Part shown: in pieces, positions 40,376 through 51,253 of the stretch
Position numbering within the stretch: the stretch's first letter is position 1
Layout of the letters: every line of letters starts with the position of its first letter
Assembly (NCBI GenBank): GCA_963702475.1
Contig: CAVPCT010000005.1
Coordinates: 896,001 to 960,000, forward strand
From: an uncultured Thermoleophilia bacterium
Lineage (GTDB): Bacteria > Actinomycetota > Thermoleophilia > UBA2241
Direction of reading: 5' to 3'
DNA: 64,000 nucleotides
Translations under genes and position numbers: made by a program
The notes under the pieces: model-generated
Database searches by the model: none
The model's input: only the letters and a program-made list of their open reading frames with translations
Told to the model about the DNA's origin: nothing

Positions 40376-42706
40376 TCAGCGATTCAGGAGGCCGAGCTCG
40401 CGCGCCCGCTCGACGGCTTCCTCCCGCGTGGTCGCCTCGAGCTTGCGGTAGATCGCCCGCAGGTGCGCCTTGACGGTGCCCTGCGAAAGGCAGAGGCGGT
40501 CGGCGAGGCTGGCCACGGTCAGATGCGTCGGCAGAAGCTCGAGGACGCGGTGTTCGGCGGGTGTGATGGGCTCCGCCATCACCCGCCGCTCCAGCGCGTC
40601 CTTCAGCTGCCTCGCCCTTCGCCCGAACATCCCCGCGTCGGGCCACTCGGCGAGCACCTCGAGGGCGCGGTCGCACCAGCCGCGCGCCGGCACCAGCTCG
40701 CCGTGCTCGAGCGCGACTTCGCCGAGCACGACGTAGGACACCAGCAGGATACTGGGGGGGGTTCTCACCATGTCCTTCAAGTAGTCGTCGATGACCTGCA
40801 CGAATCCCATCGTTTCCGGATCGCCCCGATGGGACAGGAGACGAAGGTGCGCGAGGAGCAGGGGCATGTAGATGCTGTGGTGCATCGTCACGTCCAGCCC
40901 CATGCGCGGACAGAGACGCTCGGCCTCCGCCACCAGCTCCTCGGCCTCGTCCCAGCGGCTGGCGTCGGCGGCGATGTGCGCAAGCTGCGCGGGGGTCCCG
41001 GCGTTCCACTCGAGCTCCAGGGCCATCCCGGCGAAGGTCGTCCTGCGTGAAAGCTCGCGCCACATCCGCTCGGCCGGCTCCGGTCGCCCAGAGAGGTAGT
41101 GACACCAGGCGAGACTGTCCACGGCCACGTCATGCCAGTCGCCCGGCCTTGTCTCGAGGCGCACGGCCTCCTCGAGGCAGCGACGCATCTCCCCCAACCC
41201 CTTCGTGCCGTGGTCACTGATCAGGATGAGCCAAGACGAGCGCAGTGAGGCCGCACCAGTAGATGAGGGACCGTCCTCGAAGTCCAGCTCCGCCGTGAGT
41301 CGCCACCAGCGACGTTCCTCCTCGCGCGTCTCGGCCACGCTTGCGTAGACCCAGCCGGCGGCGATGGCGAGTGCGGGGTACGCGAGCAACTCCTCCTCCG
41401 CGTACAGCTTCACGAGGCGGCGCGCGCTCTCGGAGAGGTTGTTGTTCAGCATGCTGTCGGCGGTGGTTTCCGTGAGACCCACGGTGGCCGCAACGTCGCC
41501 GGCGGCAAGGTAGTGACGGATGGCCGGCACGGGCTCGTCGTGAGCCTCGTACCACGCGGCCGCCCGACGGTGCAGCTGCGCCGGCCGCTCCGGTTCGCCG
41601 CGCTCGAGCCGGCTGCGAAGCAGGTCGGCGAACAGGTGGTGGTAGCGGTAGCGCTCGTCGCGGTCGTCGAGCGCGCTGACGAAGAGGTTCTCGCGCGCGA
41701 GGCGCGTAAGGACGGCGCCGGAGTCGTCGCGGCCAGTCACGGCCGCACACAGCGGCGCCGTCAGCTCGTCGAGGATCGACGTCTCGAGCAGGAAGCGCTG
41801 CAGGTCGGCGGGCTGGCGCTCGAGCACCTCGCCGAGGAGGTAGTCGGCGATGGCGCGCTGGTCGCCGCGCACCCCGGGCAGCCACTCGTCGGGCGACCGG
41901 CCGTGCGCCGTCTGCGACGCCAAGTAAAGGCCGGTCGCCCAGCCCTCCGTGGCCTCGAACAGCGCGGCGACCGTGTCGGGCGCACACGTGGGCTTGGCGC
42001 CGCCCTCCTCCGCCCCGTGCAAGGCCAGGAGCGCCCGCGCTTCGTCGCGGTCGAAGGCGAGGTCCCCGAAACGCAGCTCCAGCAGCTCGCCGCCCGCCCT
42101 CATCCTGCCGAGCGGCAGCGGCGGGTCGCGCCGTCCCGCCACGACCACCTGCGCGCCCTCGGGCAGGTTCTCGAGCGCGAGCTCGACGTGCGCCCATGCC
42201 TGCGCGTTCTGCACCAGCTGGGCGTCGTCCACCACGAGCACGAAGGGCCGCGCTCCGGCCACCGCCGTCGCGAGTCCGGGCAGGACCCGTTCGACCAGCG
42301 GAGGGTTGCGCAGCTGCAACAGCTGGATGATCTCGGGATCGATGCCGAGCACCTGGTCCAGCGCGACCACCAGGCAGCGCAGCAGCACGAGGGGGTCGTT
42401 GTCGTTGCCGTCGAGCCGCAACCAAGCAGACGGCCGGCTCTCGGCGCGCAGCCACTGCGTCAGCGTCACCGTCTTGCCCGAGCCGGCCGGCGCCGACACC
42501 AGCACCAGCGGCTCGCTCGACTTCAGCAGCTTCCTGACCAGCGCATCGCGCTGCACCAGCTCGACGTGCGGTCGCGGCGGGCGCAGCTTCGAGGGGAGGC
42601 AGTGGAGCCCAGGGGCCGCCGCGGCGGCGCGGCACGCCGTCGACGGCGTGCGAGGACGCCGCCCAGGCTTTGCCCCAGCTGCTTCGTCACCAGCCTGCGT
42701 GACCAT
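40376..42706 (-). CDS. MalT-like ATP-dependent LuxR family regulator
   Basis: SKLRPP, APAGSGKT, VDD, TEGWATGL, YRYHHLF; C-terminal LuxR HTH (TVKAHLRAIYRKL). Confidence 0.92.
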   Translation of the reverse strand: MVTQAGDEAAGAKPGRRPRTPSTACRAAAAAPGLHCLPSKLRPPRPHVELVQRDALVRKLLKSSEPLVLVSAPAGSGKTVTLTQWLRAESRPSAWLRLDGNDNDPLVLLRCLVVALDQVLGIDPEIIQLLQLRNPPLVERVLPGLATAVAGARPFVLVVDDAQLVQNAQAWAHVELALENLPEGAQVVVAGRRDPPLPLGRMRAGGELLELRFGDLAFDRDEARALLALHGAEEGGAKPTCAPDTVAALFEATEGWATGLYLASQTAHGRSPDEWLPGVRGDQRAIADYLLGEVLERQPADLQRFLLETSILDELTAPLCAAVTGRDDSGAVLTRLARENLFVSALDDRDERYRYHHLFADLLRSRLERGEPERPAQLHRRAAAWYEAHDEPVPAIRHYLAAGDVAATVGLTETTADSMLNNNLSESARRLVKLYAEEELLAYPALAIAAGWVYASVAETREEERRWWRLTAELDFEDGPSSTGAASLRSSWLILISDHGTKGLGEMRRCLEEAVRLETRPGDWHDVAVDSLAWCHYLSGRPEPAERMWRELSRRTTFAGMALELEWNAGTPAQLAHIAADASRWDEAEELVAEAERLCPRMGLDVTMHHSIYMPLLLAHLRLLSHRGDPETMGFVQVIDDYLKDMVRTPPSILLVSYVVLGEVALEHGELVPARGWCDRALEVLAEWPDAGMFGRRARQLKDALERRVMAEPITPAEHRVLELLPTHLTVASLADRLCLSQGTVKAHLRAIYRKLEATTREEAVERARELGLLNR

Positions 42707-42908
42707 CGCCCCCAGAGCGGTCGCGGCCGTGCCCACCAAGACTAGCCAGCGGACCGGACGATGAACAGGCGCTGCCGTTGCAGGCATGCAACCGCGCTGA
42801 GGCGGAGTACGAGTTCGTCACCGCTCCCGGCGTGTCGGCCGTCTTGCCGATTCGGAAGGCATGCTGCCGGACGCCCCAGCACGAAAGCGCCCCGCGCAGC
42901 ATGAAGGG

Positions 42909-42955
42909 TGGTGCCGCCGGGCTGGATCGAACAGCCGACACCAGGTTCAGGAAAC
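42909..42955 (-). repeat. att site: 3' half of tRNA-Arg
   Basis: 47 bp with 2 mismatches to 59302-59348. Confidence 0.9.
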
Positions 42956-43136
42956 ACCAGTCGGCCGTGACGGGCAGCGCTCAGGCAGGTGGAACTGCGC
43001 TGCACAGGCCAAGGTTCTGCGGGGGCACAGTGCCGGGTCGTACGCAAGAGTGGTGGGCTGTGACGAGGCGTCCCGTCGGCATTGCGCCGGCAGCGGATGG
43101 CGCCACGTGCGATGGCAGCGCGCCAAGACTTTCGCC

Positions 43137-45020
43137 TCACATCTCGGAGGTCATCATTGGGGCCGCCGCCTGTCCACTCGCCCCACCCGCGGCCTTCACC
43201 TCGAGCGAGAGGCGCTCCTCCAGCGCGGTGAGCAGCTCCACGGCCTCCGCGCTGAGGCCCGGCTGCGTCGCGCGCCCGTGTATGACGGCGAGCAGGTCGT
43301 TGAGGGCGGCCAGGCGGTCCGTGCTCCCCGGTGTCCGCAGGGCGAAGGCGACGATGCCGTCGAGCACGCGAGGCTGGACACGGTCCGGCCTGAGGGTGGC
43401 GAGGACGCCGGCGCGCTCGAGCAGGTCCCGTGTGTCTGGGCGCAGGCCGCACAGCCACAGTTCGATGCCGTCGCCGGCGAGACGCTGCCGCAGGTCGTCC
43501 AGGGCGTCGGCCACGGGCACATCGGCTTCCGGCGTCAGCCCCAGGTCGAGCAGGACGACCGACGGGCGCGGGTCGGCCCCCGCGACGGCCTCGACGATCT
43601 CGTCGCGCACCGCAGCGACGTTGGCGAAGAAGAGCATCTCGTCGGGACGCACGATGAGCAGGCCCGCGATCGCCGCCTCCGGTGCCGTGCGCAGATCGAC
43701 CGGCTCGAGGCCGCCGCGGGCCCGGCCGAGGAAGGTGAGGCGCGGCTGGCTCGATCGCCAGACCAGCATCAGCAGCGAGACGACGACGGCGATCGCCAGC
43801 GCCGGCAGGGTCGGCATCACGAGCACGCCGGCGAGGGCGATGAGCGCCAGCCAGAAGTCGGTCCGCCGCAGCCGCCACAACTGCCGCATCTTGCCGACCT
43901 TCATCATCCCCGCCACGGCGACGATGACGATAGCGCCGAGCGTCGCCTCGGGGAGTGGTTCGAACAGCGGCGTCAGGAACAGGGCCACCAGGGCGGTCGC
44001 CGCCGCGGCCGTGACCAGCGAGGCGGGCGTCTTGGCTCCCGCGCGATCGTTGGCGGCCGATTTGGAGAGCGACGAGCCGATCGGGAAGCCGGAGAAGAGG
44101 CCGGCGCCCGTGTTGGCGGCGCCGAGAGCGATCAGCTCCCGGTTCGGGTCGACCTTGCCGCCGTGCAGGCGCGCGAACTCGTTGGCCGGCCCGATCGCCT
44201 CCGCGAACGCGACCAGGGCGATCCCCAGCGCCCCGCCGAGCAGCTGGGGCACGGCATCCAGGCCGACGCCCGGCAGCGAGGGGCCGGCGAGGCCGGCGGG
44301 CAGCGGGCCGACCACCGTGACGCCGTGCGCCTCGAGGCCGACCGCGACCGAGACGGCGATCGAGCCGAGGAGGACGAGCAGCGCCGCCGGGAGCTTGGGC
44401 AGCCGCCGCTCGAGCACGATCATGGCCAAGATGCAGGCCGTGCCCACCGCCAGCGTCAGCAGGTCCGTTTCCTTGACGTGCGGCAGCATGTCCCGGATCA
44501 GAGCGATCGCGGTATCGCCATGGGCCTCGATGCCGAGGATCTTGGGGATCTGCTTGATGGTGATCAGCAAGGCGAGCCCGAACACGAAGCCGACGAGCAC
44601 CGACTGCGAGAAGAACTGGGCGATGCGCCCGAGCCTGAGGACCCCGAACGCGATCGAGACGAGGCCGGCCAGCACCGCCAGAGCGGCGGTGAGGGCGACG
44701 TACTCGGCGCTGCCGGCGGTCGCGAGCTCCGAGATCGTCGCGGCCGACATGATCGCGACGGCCGAGGAGACCGCGACCACCAGCTGGCGCGAGCTGCCCA
44801 GCACCGCGTAGGCGAGCAGCCCGATCGGCGCCGCGTAGAACGCGTACTCCGGGGGGACGCCGGCCAGCTGCGCGTACGCCATGCCCTCCGGGACGAGGAT
44901 ACCGCACACGGTGAGCCCGGCGATGACATCGAAGCGCAGCCAGCTGCGCTTGTAGCCGGGCACCCACTGGAGGATCGGCCAGGTATGCCCCGTCGCTCGC
45001 CGAGCTGAAGGCTCTGTCAT
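43137..45020 (-). CDS. SulP family anion transporter with STAS domain
   Basis: DVIAGLTV...PEGMAYAQLAG, GSSRQL, NRELIALG, FFAN. Confidence 0.92.
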   Translation of the reverse strand: MTEPSARRATGHTWPILQWVPGYKRSWLRFDVIAGLTVCGILVPEGMAYAQLAGVPPEYAFYAAPIGLLAYAVLGSSRQLVVAVSSAVAIMSAATISELATAGSAEYVALTAALAVLAGLVSIAFGVLRLGRIAQFFSQSVLVGFVFGLALLITIKQIPKILGIEAHGDTAIALIRDMLPHVKETDLLTLAVGTACILAMIVLERRLPKLPAALLVLLGSIAVSVAVGLEAHGVTVVGPLPAGLAGPSLPGVGLDAVPQLLGGALGIALVAFAEAIGPANEFARLHGGKVDPNRELIALGAANTGAGLFSGFPIGSSLSKSAANDRAGAKTPASLVTAAAATALVALFLTPLFEPLPEATLGAIVIVAVAGMMKVGKMRQLWRLRRTDFWLALIALAGVLVMPTLPALAIAVVVSLLMLVWRSSQPRLTFLGRARGGLEPVDLRTAPEAAIAGLLIVRPDEMLFFANVAAVRDEIVEAVAGADPRPSVVLLDLGLTPEADVPVADALDDLRQRLAGDGIELWLCGLRPDTRDLLERAGVLATLRPDRVQPRVLDGIVAFALRTPGSTDRLAALNDLLAVIHGRATQPGLSAEAVELLTALEERLSLEVKAAGGASGQAAAPMMTSEM

Positions 45021-45107
45021 CGTCGTCCCCGATCGCCCGCCGGGCTCCCGGCGCATCCTCGTCTCAGAGTGACACGATATCGCTGTCCTCGCATGTGCGA
45101 CGTCCGG

Positions 45108-45880
45108 TCACTCGACATTGACCTTGGGCAGGATCCGCTTGAGGAATCCCGGGAGCCACGAGTCGGCCTTGCCGCCCGCGACCTTCATCACGGCAGGCAC
45201 GATGAGCAGCCGGGTGAGCGTGGCGTCCAGCACGACCGCGACCGCCAGCGCGAAGCCGAACTCCTTGAGCTCGAGCACGTCAGCGACGATGAAGCAGCCG
45301 AACACCGCGGCCATGATCGCTGCCGCCGCAGTGATCACCCGGGCAGTGTGCACGACGCCCGCCCCCACCGACTGGTCCTTGTCGCCCGTCGTCAGCCACC
45401 CCTCCTGCATACGCCCGACGAGGAACACCTCGTAGTCCATCGAGAGCCCGAACAGCACCGCGAACACCATGATCGGCAGGAAGGTCCGCACGAACCCCAC
45501 GCTGGTGAAGCCGAGCACGCTCTCGAGGTGGCCGTCGGCGAACACCCACGCCGTCAGACCGAAGGCAGCGAACGTCGCCAACAGTCTCATGAGCACGGCC
45601 TTCACCGGGATCAGCAGGCTGCGGAACACGAGCAGCAGGTAGCAGAACGACAGCACCAGGACGATGGTCATGACCAGGGGCAGCTTGCTCAGCGTCTCGT
45701 TGCCCAGGTCGTCGCCGTTCAGGCCCATCGTGGCGTAGGCCGCCGTCTTGTCCTTGGAGATCTGGTTCTCCGTTCCAACGTCGAGCGGACTGACCACGGA
45801 CACGACCCAAGTCTTCTTCTTGACGGCCTTGACGAGACGGTCGATGGCATCCGCGTACTCGCAGTGCCGCCCGGTCCTTG
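45108..45880 (-). pseudogene. truncated MMPL transporter (C-terminal half, with probable internal deletion)
   Basis: FRSLLIPVKA, FGLSMDYEVFL, TARVITAAA; N-terminal half absent. Confidence 0.75.
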
Positions 45881-46022
45881 CGGCGTGGGTGAAACGCCCC
45901 CGGCCATCGTTCCCCTCCCCTACGCGATCCTCCAGTGGCTGGCGCACGAACGGCTCCTCCGGCTGCCCTGTCGAGACAGCGGTTCTCGCCCTTCAGGGCG
46001 CAACTGCGCGAGCTCCGTTCTG

Positions 46023-46637
46023 TCACTCACGAAAGGCCAGCCTCGCGACGTCGCGCAGGACCTCGACCATGGCCGCCTCGACGCGCTCGTCGGGCTCGGT
46101 GTCCAGGCCGACGCCGTGCCGGATGTACCGGCCGAGCAGCGCATAACCCGCGGTGGCTGAGCTGAGGCAGGCGACGATGATGCGAGGGTCGTGCCGCCCA
46201 CCTACGGCACCGCTCTCGAGCTCCGAGCGAAACCGCTCCAGCAGCCCGGTCATTGCCGGGCTCGTGGCCGGCACCCCGTCGAAGACACCGTCCAGTGTCG
46301 CGCGCGCGAGGGCGGCGATGAACTCGCGCTCCTGAAGCGCGGCGTGGACGACGACTGCCGCTCCCTCGACCACGTCGGGCATCTCCTCCACGGCGGCGGC
46401 CATATGGCGTTGCGCCCGTTCCATGGCGGCACGCATCAGGTCGTGCTTCGAGCCGAAGTAGCGGTGGACGAAGGTCGGGTTCACATCGGCCCTGGCGGCG
46501 ATGTCGCGCACCGTGACGCGGCCGGACGGGCGCTCGGCGAAGAGCGCCGCCGCCGCGTCGATCAGGGCCTGGCTGACATCCTCGCGCGACCGCCGCGGTC
46601 GTCTGCGGCGGGCGGCCGCGTCCTCTCCTGGCTCCAT
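46023..46637 (-). CDS. TetR family regulator
   Basis: LIDAAAALFAE...TVRDIAARADVNPTFVHRYFGSK. Confidence 0.9.
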   Translation of the reverse strand: MEPGEDAAARRRRPRRSREDVSQALIDAAAALFAERPSGRVTVRDIAARADVNPTFVHRYFGSKHDLMRAAMERAQRHMAAAVEEMPDVVEGAAVVVHAALQEREFIAALARATLDGVFDGVPATSPAMTGLLERFRSELESGAVGGRHDPRIIVACLSSATAGYALLGRYIRHGVGLDTEPDERVEAAMVEVLRDVARLAFRE

Positions 46638-46686
46638 CGTCTGCTCCGGTTCCGTCAGGTCGGCAGAAACGAAACGCCCGTCAACG

Positions 46687-46730
46687 TTGGCATGGTACCA
46701 CCGTACGGCATAATGTAGTCGTTCGTGTAC
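46687..46730 (+). promoter_or_regulatory. sigma70-like promoter with candidate TetR operator
   Basis: TTGGCA-N16-CATAAT followed by imperfect palindrome GTAGTCGTTCGTGTAC. Confidence 0.5.
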
Positions 46731-46751
46731 TTCGGCCGACGCGAGGACGCC

Positions 46752-47630
46752 ATGAGAGACGAGGCAACGCTCCCCAGCTGGAACGACGGACCCGCAAGGG
46801 CGGCCATCCTCGAGTTCGTCCGCTCGGTGACGGCACCCGGAGATTCGTTCGTACCTGTGGCCGAGCGGATCGCCGCCTTCGACAACGACGGCACGCTCTG
46901 GTGTGAGAAGCCCATGTACGTCCAGGCCGATTTCGTCTCTCGTCGCTGGAAGGCAATGGTCAGGGAGGATCCACGACGAGCCGCGGAGCAGCCATTCAAG
47001 GCCCTCATCGAGGGCGACGCCGAATGGCTCGCGGACGTCTACGCACACGCGCCGGAGCTGATCAAGGGCGTCGCCGAGGCCTACGAGGGCATCACCACGG
47101 AGGCCTTCGAGGCGGCGGCACGGGAGTTCTTCGCGTCCGCCACACATCCGACCCTCGGCGTCCCGTACGTCGACGTCACGTACCGGCCGATGCGCGAGCT
47201 GATCGAGTACCTGGAAAGGAATGGCTTTCGCGTCTACATCTGCTCAGCGGGCGGCCGCGACTTCGTGCGCGCCGTGAGCGAGCAGATCTACGGCCTGCCT
47301 CGGGACCGCGTGATCGGCTCGGCGGCGGCCCTGGAGTACCGCGACGGCGACCTCTACCGCACGGCGGAAGTCGAGCAGCCCATCGACGACGGGCCGGGGA
47401 AGCCCATCCACATCTGGACCCGCACCGGCCGCAAGCCGCTGCTCGCCGGCGGCAACGCCGACGGGGACGTCCCGATGCTGCAGGCCGCGCGCTTCGCGCT
47501 CCTCGTTCACCACGACGACGACGCGCGAGAGTTCGCCTACGACCAGGGAGCCGAACAGGCGCTGGCCGCAGCCGATGCCGGCGGCTGGACCGTGGTGAGC
47601 ATGAAGGAGGACTTCAGGACGGTGTTCTGA
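46752..47630 (+). CDS. HAD family hydrolase
   Basis: FDNDGTLWCEKP, GKP, GNADGD motifs. Confidence 0.9.
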   Translation: MRDEATLPSWNDGPARAAILEFVRSVTAPGDSFVPVAERIAAFDNDGTLWCEKPMYVQADFVSRRWKAMVREDPRRAAEQPFKALIEGDAEWLADVYAHAPELIKGVAEAYEGITTEAFEAAAREFFASATHPTLGVPYVDVTYRPMRELIEYLERNGFRVYICSAGGRDFVRAVSEQIYGLPRDRVIGSAAALEYRDGDLYRTAEVEQPIDDGPGKPIHIWTRTGRKPLLAGGNADGDVPMLQAARFALLVHHDDDAREFAYDQGAEQALAAADAGGWTVVSMKEDFRTVF

Positions 47631-47677
47631 TCGGGCGAGCGGCGGGTGCAGTCGGAGAGCGAGACGGGAGGGGAGAG

Positions 47678-48781
47678 ATGAACGCCATGGGGGATCACGT
47701 TGATCCAGTCCGATTGGCCGCCGGCCCTGAGGACTACGCGCGCTTCGGGCTCAAGAAGGGAGAGATCGAACCGTGGGAGGACGGTCTTCGCTTGGACCCG
47801 GGCGCGCCCAACATCGAGTGGTGGTACTTCGACTCGCTGCTGGACGACGGCGCCAAGTTGTCGGTCATCCACTGCACGAAGGACGCGTCCCGGCCCCATC
47901 AGCCCCTCGAGCCTCTCATCGAGATCGATCTGGATCTGCCGGACGGGAGGCGGATGTCCAAGTACGGCCGGTTCAAGGCCCATGACTTCGCCGCCTCCAG
48001 GGACGGCTGCGACGTGCACATCGGCGACCACCACTTCACCGGCGACCTGCGCGAGTACCACATCACGGGAGCGGCCGAGGATCTCTCGGCCGAGGTCCGG
48101 CTCGAGTCCATCACGGAGCCCTGGCGGCCCGAGACGGGACACCTTGTCTTCGGGCCCGACGGCGAGACCATCTTCGCCTGGGCGCCCTTCGTGCCCATGG
48201 GCAGGGTGACCGCCACCTACCGCATCGGCACCGAGGTCCACGAGACCACCGGGATGGGCTACCACGACCACAACTGGATGAACCAGAGCATGGCGCACCT
48301 GGTCGACCACTGGTACTGGGGACGCGGGCAAGTGGGCCCCTACTCGTACGTCACGGCCTACATCACGGCGGCGAAGAAGTACGGCTACGCGGAGTTCCCC
48401 TACTACATGCTCGCCCGGGACGGCAAGGTCGTCGCCGACGACGGCGCCAAGGTGACGTTCAGCAAGAGCGGGAGCGAGACGGACGCCCACACCGGCAAGC
48501 CGGTGCCCGACTCGATGTGCTTCGAGTACCGCGACGGGGATACCCGCTTCGTGCTGACGTACTCGCGCGAGCACACCCTCGTCAGCCAGACCCTCGTCGA
48601 CTTCGCGGCGGGCGCGCAGAAGATCATCGCCGAGATCATCAGGTATCCGGGCGGCTACCTTCGCTTCTCAGGGCCGGTCGTCCTCGAGCGCTACGAGGGC
48701 GGCGAGGTCGCCGAGCGCTACGAAGAGCACGGCTCCTTCGAGGAGTGCTACTGGCAGCGCACGATCCACGGCGACCGGTGA
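47678..48781 (+). CDS. CrtC/AttH-like lipocalin-fold protein
   Basis: WEDGLR, EWWYFD, GYHDHNW, WYWGR. Confidence 0.8.
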   Translation: MNAMGDHVDPVRLAAGPEDYARFGLKKGEIEPWEDGLRLDPGAPNIEWWYFDSLLDDGAKLSVIHCTKDASRPHQPLEPLIEIDLDLPDGRRMSKYGRFKAHDFAASRDGCDVHIGDHHFTGDLREYHITGAAEDLSAEVRLESITEPWRPETGHLVFGPDGETIFAWAPFVPMGRVTATYRIGTEVHETTGMGYHDHNWMNQSMAHLVDHWYWGRGQVGPYSYVTAYITAAKKYGYAEFPYYMLARDGKVVADDGAKVTFSKSGSETDAHTGKPVPDSMCFEYRDGDTRFVLTYSREHTLVSQTLVDFAAGAQKIIAEIIRYPGGYLRFSGPVVLERYEGGEVAERYEEHGSFEECYWQRTIHGDR

Positions 48782-48830
48782 GGTGCGCTCCTGTGGACGC
48801 ACACGCAGACGAACTGAAGGGGTGAGGAGG

Positions 48831-51188
48831 ATGCGGGAGCCATTCAAAGGGGTCATCAACGTCGACATCCGCGACTCGACGCCGGACTGGGCGCCGTTCG
48901 AGCCGCCCAGGGCGCCGGACGGCGCCCCCAACGTCGTCTACATCGTGCTCGACGACGTCGGCTTCTCGGCGATGAGCTGCTACGGGGGGCCGATCGAGAC
49001 GCCCAACATCGACCGCATCGCCGCCGAGGGCGTGCGCTACACGCAGTGGCACACGACCGCCCTCTGCTCCCCGACGCGATCCTGCCTGCTCACCGGCCGC
49101 AACCACACCCGCAACAGCATGGCCTGCATCACCGAGGGCGCGATCGGGTTCCCGAACGGGAGCGGCACCGTCCCGCCCGAGAACGGCATGCTCTCCGAGA
49201 TCCTCGGCGAACTGGGCTGGAACACCTACATGGTCGGCAAGTGGCACCTCTGCCCGACCGACGAGATGAACCTGGCCGCGCCGCGGCGCAACTGGCCGAG
49301 CGGCCGCGGCTTCGAGCGCTGGTACGGGTTCCTGGGGGCGGAGACCAACCAGTGGTATCCCGAGCTGGTCTACGACAACCACCCCGTCGACCAGCCCAGG
49401 TCGCCGGAAGAGGGTTACCACCTCACCGAGGACATCACCGACAAGGCGCTCGAGTTCATCAAGGACGCCCACGCGATCGCGCCCGACAAGCCGTTCTTCC
49501 TGTACTACGCACCGGGGGCGTGTCACGCGCCGCATCACGCGCCCAAAGAGTGGATCGCCAAGTTCAAGGGGCGCTTCGACGCGGGGTATGAGGCGATGCG
49601 GGTCGAGACGCTCGCCCGGCAGAAGGAGATGGGCCTCGTCCCGCCCGCTACCGAGCTGCCGCCGGTGAATCCCATCGGCACGGCGGCGACGCGCACGGGG
49701 CCGAAGGGGCAGCCCTTCCCGGCACTGGACTTCACCAAGCCGTGGGACTCGTTGTCCGATGAAGAGAAGCGGCTCTTCGCGCGGATGGCCGAGGTCTACG
49801 CCGGCTTCCTCGCGCACACCGACCACCACATCGGAAGGCTGCTCGACTACCTCGACGAGGCCGAGCTGCGCGAGAACACCCTGGTCATCCTGGTCTCCGA
49901 CAACGGCGCCAGCGGCGAAGGCGGTCCCGTCGGCTCGGTGAACGAGAACCTGTTCGTGAACGGCATGCCCGACGATCTCCAGGCCAACCTCGCGCTGCTC
50001 GACGAACTCGGCGGCGTCAAGACCTACAACCACTACCCGACCGGCTGGGCGATGGCCTTCAACACGCCGTTCAAGATGTGGAAGCGCTACAACTTCAACG
50101 GCGGCACCTCCGACCCATGCGTCATCTCGTGGCCGACGGGGACGAACGCCAGGGGCGAGCTCAGGGAGCAGTACCACCACGCGATCGACATCGTCCCGAC
50201 GATCCTCGACTGCCTCGGCGTAGAGGCTCCCGAGACCATCAAGGGGAACGTCCAGAGCGACTTCGACGGCGTCAGCATGCGGTACAGCTTCGACGACGCT
50301 GCGGCCCAGGGGACGCGCACGACGCAGTTCTACTCGATGCTCGGCCAGCGCGCGGTCTGGCACGACGGGTGGAAGGCCGTCACCACCCATCCGCCGCTCA
50401 GCGGGTGGAGCGACTTCAACGACGACGCCTGGGAGCTCTACCACACCGCCGTCGACCGTGCGGAGCTGCACGACCTGGCCGCAGAGATGCCCGACAAGGT
50501 GCGCGAGCTCGTGAACCTCTGGTTCGCCGAGGCCGGCAGGAACGCGGCGTTCCCACTCGACGACCGCCTGGTGCTCGAGATCGGCCTCGCAGAGCGGCCG
50601 CAGCTCTCCGCGCCACGCGACAAGTACGTCTACTATCCGGGCATCGCGGACGTCCCCGAGAGCCAGTCCGTCAACATCCGCAACCGCTCCTACTCTCTCG
50701 GCGCGCTGGTCGACATCCCGGCGCCGGGCGCCGAGGGAGTGCTGTTCGCCCACGGCGCACGCTTCGGCGGGCACGCCCTCTACGTCAAAGACGACAAGCT
50801 GCACTACGTCTACAGCTTCGTGGGAGTGACGGAGCAGAAGATCGATGGGACGGAAGATGTCCCGACCGGCGAGAACCTGCTCCTGGCCGCCACCTTCGAG
50901 AAGGACGGGGAGGACCCGCCGGGCGTCGCCACGGGCATGCTGTCCCTCTACCACGGCGACAAGAAGGTGGGTGAGGGGCGGATCAAGACCCAGCCCGGGC
51001 AGTTCTCATTGGGTGGCGAAGGGCTGTGCGTGGGGCGCGACAGCGGCGCCCCGGTCACCGACGACTATCCCGGCGAGGCCCCGTACCGGTTCACCGGCGG
51101 CACCATCAAGCAGGTGAGGGTCAACGTGAGCGGCGAGCCCTATCTGAACCTGGAGCGCGAGGCAGTAGCGATGCTCATGCGGGAGTGA
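48831..51188 (+). CDS. arylsulfatase
   Basis: LDDVG, CSPTRSCLLTGR, GKWHL, HAPHH, SDNG. Confidence 0.95.
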   Translation: MREPFKGVINVDIRDSTPDWAPFEPPRAPDGAPNVVYIVLDDVGFSAMSCYGGPIETPNIDRIAAEGVRYTQWHTTALCSPTRSCLLTGRNHTRNSMACITEGAIGFPNGSGTVPPENGMLSEILGELGWNTYMVGKWHLCPTDEMNLAAPRRNWPSGRGFERWYGFLGAETNQWYPELVYDNHPVDQPRSPEEGYHLTEDITDKALEFIKDAHAIAPDKPFFLYYAPGACHAPHHAPKEWIAKFKGRFDAGYEAMRVETLARQKEMGLVPPATELPPVNPIGTAATRTGPKGQPFPALDFTKPWDSLSDEEKRLFARMAEVYAGFLAHTDHHIGRLLDYLDEAELRENTLVILVSDNGASGEGGPVGSVNENLFVNGMPDDLQANLALLDELGGVKTYNHYPTGWAMAFNTPFKMWKRYNFNGGTSDPCVISWPTGTNARGELREQYHHAIDIVPTILDCLGVEAPETIKGNVQSDFDGVSMRYSFDDAAAQGTRTTQFYSMLGQRAVWHDGWKAVTTHPPLSGWSDFNDDAWELYHTAVDRAELHDLAAEMPDKVRELVNLWFAEAGRNAAFPLDDRLVLEIGLAERPQLSAPRDKYVYYPGIADVPESQSVNIRNRSYSLGALVDIPAPGAEGVLFAHGARFGGHALYVKDDKLHYVYSFVGVTEQKIDGTEDVPTGENLLLAATFEKDGEDPPGVATGMLSLYHGDKKVGEGRIKTQPGQFSLGGEGLCVGRDSGAPVTDDYPGEAPYRFTGGTIKQVRVNVSGEPYLNLEREAVAMLMRE

Positions 51189-51253
51189 AGGCAGGTCTGC
51201 CCCAGACTGCTGATTCGGGACTGAGCAAGGGAGCACGAGAAGGAGGGATCCCC

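Larger units (their letters stand above)
29874..42955. mobile_element. genomic island A (IS630, mttB cluster, terminase remnant, MalT-like regulator)
   Basis: Bounded by tRNA-Arg 3'-half direct repeats. Confidence 0.7.
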